Counted from the first letter of the stretch, positions 37,601 to 46,129 are shown. The stretch is DNA of 62,788 nucleotides from a virus (IMGVR_UViG_3300044228_002718:1-62788); one strand, 5' to 3'. Program-made: numbers and translations. Notes: generated from the sequence alone by a model not told the origin.

Positions 37601-39595
37601 CATATCAAGAGTAAGAGCTGTAATTGCAGAACCGCCATCATTACCATGAAATGTAATATCACCATCTTGGATAGAAGCCATGAGTTGTAGATTGTTTCCA
37701 TTCTTTCTAATAGAACCAAATTGTGTGCCACCATCTTTAAATAAAATATCTTGTCCATCAGCATCTAAAGTAATATCTCCTGCTGAATCTATTATGAAGT
37801 TTCCAGTTGCATTATTAATTTCACCATTTGCCCCATTATGGAAAATCTGCATATCATTATCTGCACCAAACTGAAGCTGTCCTGAATCTGAATTGACATC
37901 AATATTTCCTGAAGAGGTAATTGTGCCACTACTGATAGTACCGATATTTGTTAGGTTACGAGAGCTATCTATTACAGTTGTTGAACCAATACGATAGCCA
38001 GAAGCATATACATTATTGATATTGGTTAAGTTTGCTGACGAATCAAGTATTGTGCCATTTGTGGTTTGTGTAATTGTTCCAATATTTGAAAAGTTTCTGG
38101 AGCTATCTAATAACTGACTTCCACCCACATCAATACGACCATCATTTCTAATACTAAATAATGCTGTACTTGATGAATTTCTAACAATTAAAGTATGATC
38201 TGAAGTGTCTGCTGTACCACCTTTTAGAGTTGTAGTACCACCATTATCTATAGTTAAAGCTGTAAAGTTAGTGCCAGAACCATTATCTACATTCACTAAA
38301 AGGTTATTACTTGATGCAAAGATTCTTGGGTAATGATTTGTTCCTCTAAATTTTATTTGACCATCAGAAGGTAAAGTTATATTTCCTGCAACTTCCAACT
38401 TTGTTGCGGGTGATGTAGTGCCTATACCAATATTACCGTCTGAGGCAACTGTTAATCGTGCTAATGTATCTGTTCCATCAAATGTTTTTAAAGAAACAGT
38501 ACCATGACTTGTTCCATTTTGTGAAATAAGTGTTAAATCTGCTCCACTTTTATCTATGAAAGCATGTTGAGTTGTTCCATCTTGATCTTTTAGCATTATT
38601 CTAGCAAAATTACTAGAAGCTCCTTGTATTTGTAAATCAGCAGAACTATGTAGTGAACTATTTGTTCCAATTAAAACTGCTCCATCTACTATTCTTGCAG
38701 TTTCGGAATTATTTACACTAAATTGTATTTCTCCTGCACTAGCATTTGCTACAGTTTTAATATGTATATCTTCGCTAGAAGCATTTGAAAAAATTATAGA
38801 ACTTGGACTGCTACTATATTTTATTGAACCGTTTGTATTAAATTGAAGTGAATTTGTTCCTTCTATTTTAGTAACCCCAGTACTTAATATGGAAAGTCTT
38901 TGACTTCCTGCAGTATCAAATCTTATAGTATCTTCATCAGATGATTCTTCTACTTGAATTTTTGTATCTCCATCTCCATCTTCGAATGTTGTAACTACTG
39001 TGTTTCTAAAAGTTACACATTCTACTTTTGCACTATTTGAAGGTGCTGAAGCAAAAGTTAAAGTTGTTCCTGATATTGAGTATGTGTCTTTATGTTGTAC
39101 AACTCCATCGATTGTGACAAAAGTTTGATTTTCTGATTGTGGACTTACAGAAAGAGTAAGAGTTGTATCTGAGCCATCTCCTGTCATTGTATCTATAGCA
39201 GGAGCTGTTCCTATTAGACCACCTCTAAAGTGGTGAACTAATATATCTGTTCCATTATCAGGAGCAGTATCAAATGTAAGCGTAGTTCCGCTTATTGCAT
39301 AAGAATCTTTATTTTGATATGCTCCTCCAATAAATACTAGAAGTGCATTTTCATCTGTTGGAGTTGCTGATAGAGTGAAAGCTGTCGTGCTTCCATTCCC
39401 AGAGAATTGTTGAGTTTGTAATTCGCCTGCCTGAGCAGATGATAGAGCTACGATACTTTCTGTACCGCTTACACTTTTCTTTATATATAACTTACCATCA
39501 GTAGTATTTATAGCTAACTCACCGAGTTCTAAATCTGATGTTGTAGGCGCTCTACCAGCAACGGCAGAACGTTTTAATTTTAATGTTTGTGTCAT
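31673..39595 (-). CDS. giant tail fibre (2640 aa) with C-terminal autocleaving chaperone (Peptidase_G2/S74-like)
   Basis: N-terminal LKRS...GELAINTTDGKLY; GIGTTSP and IDSSRNLTNI repeats; GGADYAEYFEW...YVPRSERKEW..VGIMGK. Confidence 0.85.
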   Translation of the reverse strand: MTQTLKLKRSAVAGRAPTTSDLELGELAINTTDGKLYIKKSVSGTESIVALSSAQAGELQTQQFSGNGSTTAFTLSATPTDENALLVFIGGAYQNKDSYAISGTTLTFDTAPDNGTDILVHHFRGGLIGTAPAIDTMTGDGSDTTLTLSVSPQSENQTFVTIDGVVQHKDTYSISGTTLTFASAPSNSAKVECVTFRNTVVTTFEDGDGDTKIQVEESSDEDTIRFDTAGSQRLSILSTGVTKIEGTNSLQFNTNGSIKYSSSPSSIIFSNASSEDIHIKTVANASAGEIQFSVNNSETARIVDGAVLIGTNSSLHSSADLQIQGASSNFARIMLKDQDGTTQHAFIDKSGADLTLISQNGTSHGTVSLKTFDGTDTLARLTVASDGNIGIGTTSPATKLEVAGNITLPSDGQIKFRGTNHYPRIFASSNNLLVNVDNGSGTNFTALTIDNGGTTTLKGGTADTSDHTLIVRNSSSTALFSIRNDGRIDVGGSQLLDSSRNFSNIGTITQTTNGTILDSSANLTNINNVYASGYRIGSTTVIDSSRNLTNIGTISSGTITSSGNIDVNSDSGQLQFGADNDMQIFHNGANGEINNATGNFIIDSAGDITLDADGQDILFKDGGTQFGSIRKNGNNLQLMASIQDGDITFHGNDGGSAITALTLDMSAGGAAIFNTDVRIPDNAKFMAGASQDLQIYHNGTNTLIENATGDLNIRNDANDGDITLQTDDGSGGVSTYLRVDGTNERINLHKNLRADDNVRLQVGGDGDMSIYHNGTNTLIENATGDLIIQNSLDDKDVIFKSDDGSGGVTPYLTIDGSHSRMTIAKNTLLFDNVELRIGDNSGAGDLKIYHNGTHSILENSTGDLILINNADDKDILIQTDDGSGSVTNYMKFDGGANVIDAVKPLRVRVDNTVLAVGASNDWNVSHNGTDTFQANNTGHFYITNTADDKDIVLRCDDGSGGVTAYLTLDGSAAHTTFQKDISLADNINLKFGATSGDMLLFHDGSHSFIHHNGTGALKLKEGSADAIVIDDGVVSLNHSGSTKLATASGGVAVTGSITGTGKVGINTTDPDAQGYSFAEDLVILGGNSADDGVGITLRGNGKRYGVLAFGDNADPNSGEVFYDHTNNEMSFRTNDQIALTINSSQNASFGGTVSVTNQLSINGTTDTIAYLNVTDDGPIYVSYNRSGDRHAYVGFGGSNDVFNIMNEESGGSITLGTAGSNRLTVQSDGNITTSHNLTVGGSLTVQGSTTTVSSTNTTLTDTLLELNSGASSNANDSGIIIERGSTGDNALFIWDESGDHFALGTTTATADATGNITYSTANLNLGAVLANGNFQQGGTTVIDTSRNLTNINNATIGGSITVGDSHTIGDDGNDNLAIASSSGENILVNSANHVLIQTGGTTKLETQSSGVKVTGTLEATGELLLARSTPSIHFFDSDDNSDGYIQANGGTLSFFADDNNEVSNSIINFSIDGSEKMRLDNAGNVGIGTTSPAKKLQVSTSSDVDGITIENTSTANSTSKRPRLFFKGTDTVGTSKEAAIIEMTPENSDNVDSALSFYTRASDSTTEKVRITGSGNIQMGGTTVIDSSRNLTNIGTYSGAGDITVSKSDPTLILNDTSGSDNQARLWLRESANFGAQLQYNSNNDEFFHINTLDGGTSTTGLIVDRYSNVTVPNGTFTVGQTSAGKNVQLFVGLDAVTTDDTGLTFTAAGTYSDGRYEHRFRKNDLGGGIPLFVDRTEGTANSHSAIARFGRYTNNPEEFEVYGSAKIAGGFDVRGIHTIQTDGGNEQLVIKRESNTNEQLILGFHSSDYGTIQAVEQGVAYRRLKLQPSGGSVEIGQAADGLVFQASHSESKIRLYDGGTEKIGTASGTLVLTGNTINFKKVSGTPDLALNGTTFLNSSRELVNIAGYTQTSGNASIEHASSPTFELKDTTNNVTFKAYAQDSNAFVGTTSSHNLNIGTNNTTAININNSQAVELYHGNSKKIETTSTGATVTGNLRATSGLGYTIADTAGNSDQYIKFGTFTTSQAGHSLAINVYSNVGFNASDAQNQNTIIRFKTSNNSSNQSGFYGDAQAFRFGVSTGAPAIVIVKQNSTTEYEFYGKFGNYTGNASFYTVEHANGTWTHDGTNTGGTAPSGTTITVTPSALGGSGGSSDSITDADGDTKIQVEESSDEDKIRFDTAGTERARIDATGVTSTGPFRAPTNIAMVVNSIDFIEYSGGFRIGSVADDDESLTLVGFGGSPKIELDDGVNVRILEGSTECARFSSTRSLFGTTTATGKFGINTGTSGGVNASASTQANGSVIFGNTDGSSVVPAIMMKGDGGRTQFRAATANGANFDIEFNIRENDGSDYASTGGAGFLFSRYGTDLLQITRHGNVDIGFSSGVGTGDGNPALRATQASTSFNGNLLQLQAKRPSSSAYSLIQAYANFASDPKFKVRGDGEVSADGSFSGGGADYAEYFEWQDGNPNNEDRIGYSVSLVNGKIKIAESGETIIGVTSANPSVTGDSQELEWQGKFLKDEFGRYIEEDYTATEWIKETSDESDTPKREKIMYHTDKIPSDVTVPENAVVITVDENGNNLRRRKLNPNYDESLTYVPRSERKEWECVGIMGKVRLRKEQQKSTSWIKLRDMSDTVEEWLIK
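36540..37880 (-). repeat. six degenerate modules (mostly about 75 aa) in the giant fibre
   Basis: DxxIYHNGTN..IENATGD..DDGSGGV units; identical 43-bp copies at 37237-37279 and 37462-37504. Confidence 0.75.
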
Positions 39596-39640
39596 ATATA
39601 TGTCCTAGTATTGCCTATATAGGCAAGATGAAGGGTCTAA

Positions 39641-41326
39641 TTAAAAAGACCCACCATCAATAATGTTTGACCATTGTGCAGCACCACTTGTATTCATAGA
39701 TAATAAGTATGTATGAGCAGTTGCGTCTCCACTTGGTTTTGTTAATCTAGTATATCCAGCATTTGCGGCTGCACCAATGAGTAAGTCACCGACAGCAGTT
39801 GCTGATATACCTTTAATTCTTAAGTTATCGCTGTTTACTTCTAAAGTAATATTATCGTCATTTACATTTAGAGTATTACCTGATTTACTTAGTGCGTCAC
39901 CTGCAGAAATACTTCCTGCACCTGAGAACTGTGTAAATGTTAAAGAAGTTGAGTCAAGAGTAATAGTATCATTTGTAGTTAATACATATCCATTATCTGC
40001 ATTACTTGTACCTTCTTCAACAAATACAAAAAGTCCTGCAGTAACCTTTGCACTAGTATTTGCGTCTGTTGACCTAGCTGGGGTTGAGCCAACTACATAA
40101 ATACCGTTTTCACTTCCAGTTGATTGGTCTTTAACAAGAACTCTATCACCATTTGCAAGAGTTACTCCATCAAGAGTATCTCCATTATTAAGAGCTGTTG
40201 CTATTGTAATATTAGCAGTTGTAGCCGCTCTTACAGAATCTTTAATATCAAGAGCTTGTTTTACTGCATCAACATATGCTTTAGTTGCTGCATCTTGGTC
40301 GCCTGTTGGGTCTGTAACGTTTACTATTCTTGATGTATTTACATCAACAGTTCCAGCACCATTTGGATTAAGTGAAACATTTCCATCAGTATTTAGTGAA
40401 GATATTTCGTTTCCATCTATTCTTAAATTATCTACATTTACTTGTGCTAAACCACTAAGTATTGTTTGAGTTGCTCCCAAACTAACTGATGTAGAACCAA
40501 TTGTTACGGCACTATTTACTAGCTCTGCATTTGCAACACCACCGTCTTTAATTGTGACTGCACCGCTGGATACTGCAAAGTTATCTGAACTAAATGACGC
40601 TACACCTTTATTAGAAGCTGTTGCATCTTCTGCTGCGATTGTGATTGTTGTTGTTGTTCCACTATCAGAAACAGTTGTGTCTATTCCTTCTCCCGCAGTA
40701 AATTGTAAGTTATCACTTGTTAAAGTAACAGCTACATCTGAGCCACTACTTGCTCCTACTGTTAAACTTGTTGAAACAGTAGCAAATGAAACTGAACCAG
40801 AACCATTTGTTACAAGTGCTTGTCCGTTTGAACCGTCTGAAGTTGGCAATGTATATGCACTGCTAACATTTAATTGTTTGTGTGTAATGATTTGTTCAGA
40901 AGAGTTAGAAGTCTTAAATGTTAAATAAGCATTATTACCCTCTGTAATTACTAGCGCTGTTGCAGAGTTATCTATAATATCAAATTCTGCAGCTGCGGCT
41001 GATAAGTCTATTGACCCACTTGCTGGAGTAATTGCTATATCACCAGAGCCTGATGAAATTGCATTTCCATTAAGTTGTAGATTATCAACAAGTAAATTAT
41101 CAATCTTACTATTTGAATCTACTATAATCGCTGAACTTGCTGTGAGTGTACCCGCCGTATGGTCGAGCATATTCATGAATACCTCACCACCAATTATATC
41201 ATTGTTTGAGCCATCACCAATAAATAACTTACTCGAGTTAAATGAATAAGCTAACTCACCTTGCGCTAATGCACTCGATGGGGCGGCATTACTGGTACTT
41301 CTTTTAATTTTTAACGTTTGTGCCAT
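39641..41326 (-). CDS. tail fibre / virion structural protein
   Basis: N-terminal IKRS...GELAYS; DAATKAYVD; DRVLVKDQ...ENGIY. Confidence 0.8.
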   Translation of the reverse strand: MAQTLKIKRSTSNAAPSSALAQGELAYSFNSSKLFIGDGSNNDIIGGEVFMNMLDHTAGTLTASSAIIVDSNSKIDNLLVDNLQLNGNAISSGSGDIAITPASGSIDLSAAAAEFDIIDNSATALVITEGNNAYLTFKTSNSSEQIITHKQLNVSSAYTLPTSDGSNGQALVTNGSGSVSFATVSTSLTVGASSGSDVAVTLTSDNLQFTAGEGIDTTVSDSGTTTTITIAAEDATASNKGVASFSSDNFAVSSGAVTIKDGGVANAELVNSAVTIGSTSVSLGATQTILSGLAQVNVDNLRIDGNEISSLNTDGNVSLNPNGAGTVDVNTSRIVNVTDPTGDQDAATKAYVDAVKQALDIKDSVRAATTANITIATALNNGDTLDGVTLANGDRVLVKDQSTGSENGIYVVGSTPARSTDANTSAKVTAGLFVFVEEGTSNADNGYVLTTNDTITLDSTSLTFTQFSGAGSISAGDALSKSGNTLNVNDDNITLEVNSDNLRIKGISATAVGDLLIGAAANAGYTRLTKPSGDATAHTYLLSMNTSGAAQWSNIIDGGSF

Positions 41327-41339
41327 TTTTTATTTTCCC

Positions 41340-41732
41340 TTAAAACAATCCTCCATCGAGATTGTCCATTGTGCCAGTTGCTTGAGCAAGTGGTACGAAT
41401 TCAAAATTATTAGAAGAAGTCTCTCTATATACTTTTAGCTGATCATCATCAGTGTCGTACCATAGGTCGCCTTCCTCTAAGTTGCTCCCGGAGGGAGCGT
41501 CTGTCCCTCTAAAAAATTGGTCTGCTAAAGTTTCAATAGCAGATTGAACAGTTCCTGTGGATACTGTTCCGTGTCCCTGCACTTGTATATTCGATGCAGT
41601 TCCACCAACAAGTGCTAAACTTGTTTCTACAGTGATAGGATTATCTGCCCTATCTATTGTTATATCTTGGCTGTTTTGTGTAACGTCTACAAAAAACTTA
41701 TTGTTTGTTACTTCTACTGAAATCTGACTCAT
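41340..41732 (-). CDS. virion structural protein (fibre-associated)
   Basis: EGDLWYDTDDDQLKVY; ends LDGGLF, similar to IDGGSF in the neighbour. Confidence 0.65.
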   Translation of the reverse strand: MSQISVEVTNNKFFVDVTQNSQDITIDRADNPITVETSLALVGGTASNIQVQGHGTVSTGTVQSAIETLADQFFRGTDAPSGSNLEEGDLWYDTDDDQLKVYRETSSNNFEFVPLAQATGTMDNLDGGLF

Positions 41733-42064
41733 CTTGTTACCTCAGGAGTTACAGTAACTTTTCCTTGTATTAATCTGGTTACCACTCCTCCGCTTGATTC
41801 CATTTCAACATCATACACATAAATTCCTTCTTCTATAGCTGCTGTTTGTGAATCAGTTGCTGAAATAGTTATTTTTCCAGCTGATGCATTACTTACAGAT
41901 GCTGTAAAAGAAAGAGCAATAGATGACGAGTCATGTGTAGACCTCATCTGTGACCGTGCACCATACCCAGTCAAATTAATTGCAGTACCGTCTTGCTTGA
42001 CAGTAATTTCTTTGCTGAAAGTTGTGCCTTGTTCTAATGTAAAATTGTGTATTCCTGCTGACAT
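41729..42064 (-). CDS. fibre collar/adaptor protein (T5 p132-like beta-sandwich)
   Basis: EQGTTF, INLTGY, YVYDVEM, RLIQGKVTVTPEVT; precedes the fibre genes. Confidence 0.65.
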   Translation of the reverse strand: MSAGIHNFTLEQGTTFSKEITVKQDGTAINLTGYGARSQMRSTHDSSSIALSFTASVSNASAGKITISATDSQTAAIEEGIYVYDVEMESSGGVVTRLIQGKVTVTPEVTR

Positions 42065-42087
42065 TTATTTATAACTCCAATATCTTA

Positions 42088-42116
42088 ATTATACCAAAAT
42101 TTTGACCTCGTGTCAA
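42088..42116 (-). promoter_or_regulatory. sigma70-type promoter for the fibre genes
   Basis: AAAAATATACC-TTGACA-17-TATAAT on the - strand. Confidence 0.85.
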
Positions 42117-42140
42117 GGTATATTTTTCTATGGTATATTT

Positions 42141-42329
42141 TTAACCTGAAGGATACTTGTCTTTAACTGCTTTTAATTCCGTATAAAAATTTCCAGTTTT
42201 TGCGGTTTCGCCAAATTTACCATCGTCAATATCATGCCATAGTAAGTCCAGTTGCTCTTGTATGCTAGGATAATATCCAGCTCTTTTATCTTTATAGCTT
42301 GTTCCAGCTAATTCTAAATTAACATTCAT
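42141..42329 (-). CDS. small tail-associated protein
   Basis: YPSIQEQLDLLWHD...VKDKYP. Confidence 0.7.
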   Translation of the reverse strand: MNVNLELAGTSYKDKRAGYYPSIQEQLDLLWHDIDDGKFGETAKTGNFYTELKAVKDKYPSG

Positions 42330-42760
42330 TCTCCTCTCCTCTTAACCTGTAAAGACATCTCTCCTTGAAAGTAATTATCTTTTTCAAATATTAATCTCCA
42401 TATACCCGCTTGTGTTGCGGTTAAAACTAAACTAGAATCTGAGTTCATAGTAGTAAGTAAACTAGAGTTTGCATAAACTTTTGTTCCCTCTGGAACACCT
42501 GTGAGAGTAAATGTTTCATCTACTGCACGAATTCCATCAGAAGGTGATACAGATATGCTAAACTCAGATTTCTTTATGATTCCTGTTTCATCTGCATTTA
42601 TATAATAGTGATTAGTAGGAATTACATCTGAAGAAGTGGCATTTACCCAACTTCTTCCATTACCTGCCTCAGCGTCTTTTTGGGCCTGAGGTGCATCGCC
42701 CATTACAGTATAAAGTATTTCTTTAGTTGTACTGTCATAAAATACCGTTTGTGTACTCAT
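42326..42760 (-). CDS. tail-associated hypothetical protein
   Basis: Beta-rich; ATGA overlaps on both sides. Confidence 0.65.
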   Translation of the reverse strand: MSTQTVFYDSTTKEILYTVMGDAPQAQKDAEAGNGRSWVNATSSDVIPTNHYYINADETGIIKKSEFSISVSPSDGIRAVDETFTLTGVPEGTKVYANSSLLTTMNSDSSLVLTATQAGIWRLIFEKDNYFQGEMSLQVKRRGE

Positions 42761-43374
42761 ATTTTTACTCCTATATCTTCTTGGTCAAAAACTACATAAG
42801 CGTAGTATATTGTTCTTCCTGTATAAATTGTTCTTGTTACTGTTCTTGTTGAATCTAAAGCTCTCATTCCACACTCATAACTTAAAAAGTATATATAGTT
42901 GGAATCGACTTCAAAATCAAAACCTAATCCGATTTGATTATTTAATAATTTTTGTGCTGAAAAATCAAAGTTACCTTGTTGTACTATTCTACTACCAAAA
43001 GCATTGCTTAAATGTTTCATTGGTGGAAATGATATTTGTGCTCTATTACTTCCATCTAGGTCATCAGCATATGACCATCTTACAGCAACTAGCGGTGTAA
43101 AAGATTGATTGTGCGATACTCTACCTACTTGTGATGCTGTGTTATTATTTGTATAATAAGTTTTTGCGTCCTGTCCATATAATGAAGCTACTTTACCGTC
43201 TACTGTTTGATGTGCATTTATACTTCCTTGCCCATAAGCTATTGGTTTTAAATCAAACGCAGCCCTTGAATCAAATGCAAGAGCATTACTAGTAGTAACA
43301 ACATCATCTCCACTTTTAGATACAAATAAACCAAAATCACTTCCTCTTTTACCAACTAAAACTCTATTTGCCAT
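42757..43374 (-). CDS. tail-tip accessory protein (RVLVGK paralog)
   Basis: MANRVLVGKRGSDFGLFVSKSG...FDS. Confidence 0.65.
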   Translation of the reverse strand: MANRVLVGKRGSDFGLFVSKSGDDVVTTSNALAFDSRAAFDLKPIAYGQGSINAHQTVDGKVASLYGQDAKTYYTNNNTASQVGRVSHNQSFTPLVAVRWSYADDLDGSNRAQISFPPMKHLSNAFGSRIVQQGNFDFSAQKLLNNQIGLGFDFEVDSNYIYFLSYECGMRALDSTRTVTRTIYTGRTIYYAYVVFDQEDIGVKI

Positions 43375-43781
43375 TAGAACAACTCCTTTATGTTAATTAC
43401 TGTAAAACTAACAGTACTTGGATTAGTATGAGTTATTCCTCTTAAACTATTAGAAGCTGATGTAGTAATAGAAACAGTTCCTCCAGTAGTACTATTTGTT
43501 TCTATAAACCCTCCATCAGTTGGAACTGCTACACCTAAATTTTGTCCCAATGAACCTACTGTTTGATTAGAAGATGCATTTGAATTTTGTGACCCAGTTG
43601 TACTTGTATTTGTTCCACTTGTAAAACCAAACTGAAACATTCCTAAATCTGCTCCAGTGCTTTGATTTGTATTAAAAATTAATTCATCTTCACTAGCAGT
43701 AGTAACATCAACTGTTGGCTTACTAACAAAGACTCCAAAAACATTTGTATCTTTTTTTCCTACTAATACTCTATTTGCCAT
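43374..43781 (-). CDS. tail-tip accessory protein (RVLVGK paralog)
   Basis: MANRVLVGKKDTNVFGVFVSKP...IFNT. Confidence 0.65.
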   Translation of the reverse strand: MANRVLVGKKDTNVFGVFVSKPTVDVTTASEDELIFNTNQSTGADLGMFQFGFTSGTNTSTTGSQNSNASSNQTVGSLGQNLGVAVPTDGGFIETNSTTGGTVSITTSASNSLRGITHTNPSTVSFTVINIKELF

Positions 43782-43782
43782 A

Positions 43783-44523
43783 CTAAAATCCCATAAATGT
43801 TGAGTTCATAAATCCATAACCACAAGGAATCTTTAGTAAAGCTCCTCTTGCATTTGTGACAGGAAATGTAGCTTGGTCTGCTCCTGATAAAGTATAACTA
43901 CTACCAGTACTTACTGCAAAAGTATTACTTGTAAGAGAACCATCTCCTGCTCTAAATCCAAGTGTTAAATCTGTATTAGTAGTATATGCTGTAAGTCTAT
44001 TTGCTCTTGCTCCATGTTCTCCAGCAAATCCTTTGAAACCTACAGAGATTGCTCTTATTCTATTTCCTCCAGAGGCAGTAAAGTCTTTTTCTAGTAATAT
44101 TCCACCTGCGTGATATTCTTGTTCATCTAATATAGTATCATTCGAAGTTAGTTGAACATTCGCTCCATCACTTAGTCTGCTCAAATATGAAGTAGATGTT
44201 TTACTATAGTAGTCATCTTTATTTGTTCCAAACTTTCTTATCTCTTGTCTGTAATGTTTTTCAAAAAATAAATGTAGTGGTAAATATACAGTTCCATTTA
44301 CATTTGGTCTATTTGCCTCTCCGTTGTCTACAAAAAAGTTAAAACCTGAAGATGAACTCTGTGTTGAATGTATTATGCCATGTCTATTTTGTTTACTGTC
44401 AAATAGCATATCTTTTGACTCAGGTGCTGGAGAATCTGCAAAAGATACTCCAGGTTTTGTTACCTGTAATCCAAAATTTGAGCCATCAAGTTTTCCTACT
44501 CTTACTCTTTCGTCACCAGACAT
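43783..44523 (-). CDS. tail-tip accessory / receptor-binding candidate (RVRVGK paralog)
   Basis: ERVRVGKLDGSNFGLQVTKPG...LFDS. Confidence 0.6.
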   Translation of the reverse strand: MSGDERVRVGKLDGSNFGLQVTKPGVSFADSPAPESKDMLFDSKQNRHGIIHSTQSSSSGFNFFVDNGEANRPNVNGTVYLPLHLFFEKHYRQEIRKFGTNKDDYYSKTSTSYLSRLSDGANVQLTSNDTILDEQEYHAGGILLEKDFTASGGNRIRAISVGFKGFAGEHGARANRLTAYTTNTDLTLGFRAGDGSLTSNTFAVSTGSSYTLSGADQATFPVTNARGALLKIPCGYGFMNSTFMGF

Positions 44524-45512
44524 TTTATTCTCCTATTTGTGCTTTCTTGGTCATAGCATAAATATTGTTCACAATACCATGCTAAAAATTGTCTACTCTT
44601 TAGTTTATCCCACCACGATAAATCATCTATATGTCTATCTATATCGGGTAGATGTCTTACATCTTTTGTTATCCAATGATACTCAGGATAACCGTAGCTA
44701 ATTATTGGAACATCGTGTATCATGCACTCGACTCCTGCTGTACTGTTCTCAACAATAGCTACTTTTGTTTTTGGAAGTACATCATGTAAACTTTCTTTTC
44801 CGTATAAAACATTTATTCCGTCTTTTTTCCAAATCTCTATCTGTTTACGATACATCTCCCAGTTTCCCTCTTTTGTTATTTCTTCTTCGAGTGTAGGGTG
44901 TAGTTTGATAACTAAAGGATATTTTCCATATAGTTGCCATACTACTGCTATCAATTTTTCCCAATGACTACCAAAAGATTGTTTTAATACAGTATCATCT
45001 CCTGGCATTTGTCCCATAATCAAAACATGATTATTAGGAATACTTACATCTAGATCAACTGACTTAAGGTCATTTCTATCTGACCATTTGTTTTGTTTTT
45101 CTTTAATTAATTGTTTACTTGTTTTACGAAAGTTTGAAACATAACTTTCATATTGTGGTTTTTCGTAAGCTAAACTAGAGTAACTTGCATAACCTAACTC
45201 ATCTATTGAAAAATGATTAGGAGTTGGTCCTGTTGGCTTTAGTATCAAACATTGCTTTCCAAAATAATGCTCGTTTCTTTTTAGCTCAGAAACATTTGTA
45301 TGGTTATAGACATAGATTGCATCTTCTTCGTCTGTTATTCCAATTTTACCAAAACTTAGTTTTGCTAGTTTTCCATCAGCTTCTAGTGCTAAATGTGGAC
45401 TAATCTGTATATCTGCTCCTAAATCGTAAAAACATTTAAGGACTCTTTGATACATTGTAGACCAGTTGCCCGTAATTCTTTTATATTTAAAACCACAAAA
45501 TTTAACTTTCAT
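44502..45512 (-). CDS. KpsS/Capsule_synth-like glycosyltransferase
   Basis: LIMGQMPGDDTV, VIKLHP, ENSTAGVECMIHDVPIISYG..Y, the C-terminal pattern of capsule-modification GTs; start re-called at ATG 45512. Confidence 0.7.
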   Translation of the reverse strand: MKVKFCGFKYKRITGNWSTMYQRVLKCFYDLGADIQISPHLALEADGKLAKLSFGKIGITDEEDAIYVYNHTNVSELKRNEHYFGKQCLILKPTGPTPNHFSIDELGYASYSSLAYEKPQYESYVSNFRKTSKQLIKEKQNKWSDRNDLKSVDLDVSIPNNHVLIMGQMPGDDTVLKQSFGSHWEKLIAVVWQLYGKYPLVIKLHPTLEEEITKEGNWEMYRKQIEIWKKDGINVLYGKESLHDVLPKTKVAIVENSTAGVECMIHDVPIISYGYPEYHWITKDVRHLPDIDRHIDDLSWWDKLKSRQFLAWYCEQYLCYDQESTNRRIKCLVTKE

Positions 45513-46128
45513 TAAACCACCCACTAATTGCTATTCGTTGATGTGTAGCATACTGTGATACTTCACTTACATAGTGGGATAGTCCACCATCTCCAAGTTC
45601 CATTATTACTAATGAATTAAATTTTGGATAGACTACTTCTATTCCTTCATCTCTTGAGATGTGTAACATTCCACCGTATTCTGGCTTCCAGTTCTTTGTT
45701 AAATTAAATATAAATGCAATACCTCTTTGTTCATCAGTATGTGAACTTAAAAAATCACCTCTATCATAAATACTTACAAATGATTCATATTTATAAGGGT
45801 TTTCTAAAAAAGTATTATTCTTTAACCACTCAACAAATTCATTATTTAAGTAGTCATTGAACTTACATTCATAACACTTGCATGTATCTACATGCTTCAT
45901 GCTTCTTTTAAATTTGTAAGAAAAATTTCCTTCTTGAAAACTTCTCTCTACAGCTTCATCTAATTTTCTCTTTGCATTTAAACCTGTGAGTGTATGTTGC
46001 ATATACACTGGTTTTTCATCAAAGTATTTGTACGCATAAGTCCACCAATTATCAGGGGTCTTATATATTTCGTCATGCAGTTCTTCTGCTAGTTCCTGAG
46101 GAAGAAAGTCCTCGTATATTTTTATCAT
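45502..46128 (-). CDS. 2OG-Fe(II) oxygenase, Tpa1/OGFOD1-like (prolyl hydroxylase family)
   Basis: YDRGDFLSSHTD (HxD), IAFIFNLTKNWKPEYGGMLH, PKFNSLVI, HYVSEV, RIAISGW. Confidence 0.88.
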   Translation of the reverse strand: MIKIYEDFLPQELAEELHDEIYKTPDNWWTYAYKYFDEKPVYMQHTLTGLNAKRKLDEAVERSFQEGNFSYKFKRSMKHVDTCKCYECKFNDYLNNEFVEWLKNNTFLENPYKYESFVSIYDRGDFLSSHTDEQRGIAFIFNLTKNWKPEYGGMLHISRDEGIEVVYPKFNSLVIMELGDGGLSHYVSEVSQYATHQRIAISGWFNES

Positions 46129-46129
46129 T

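Noticed and set aside
31673-41326. Diversity-generating retroelement, suggested by Mtd-like N-termini of the fibres
   Set aside because: No reverse transcriptase and no adenine-specific TR/VR pair seen in the window; a trans-acting element elsewhere cannot be excluded.
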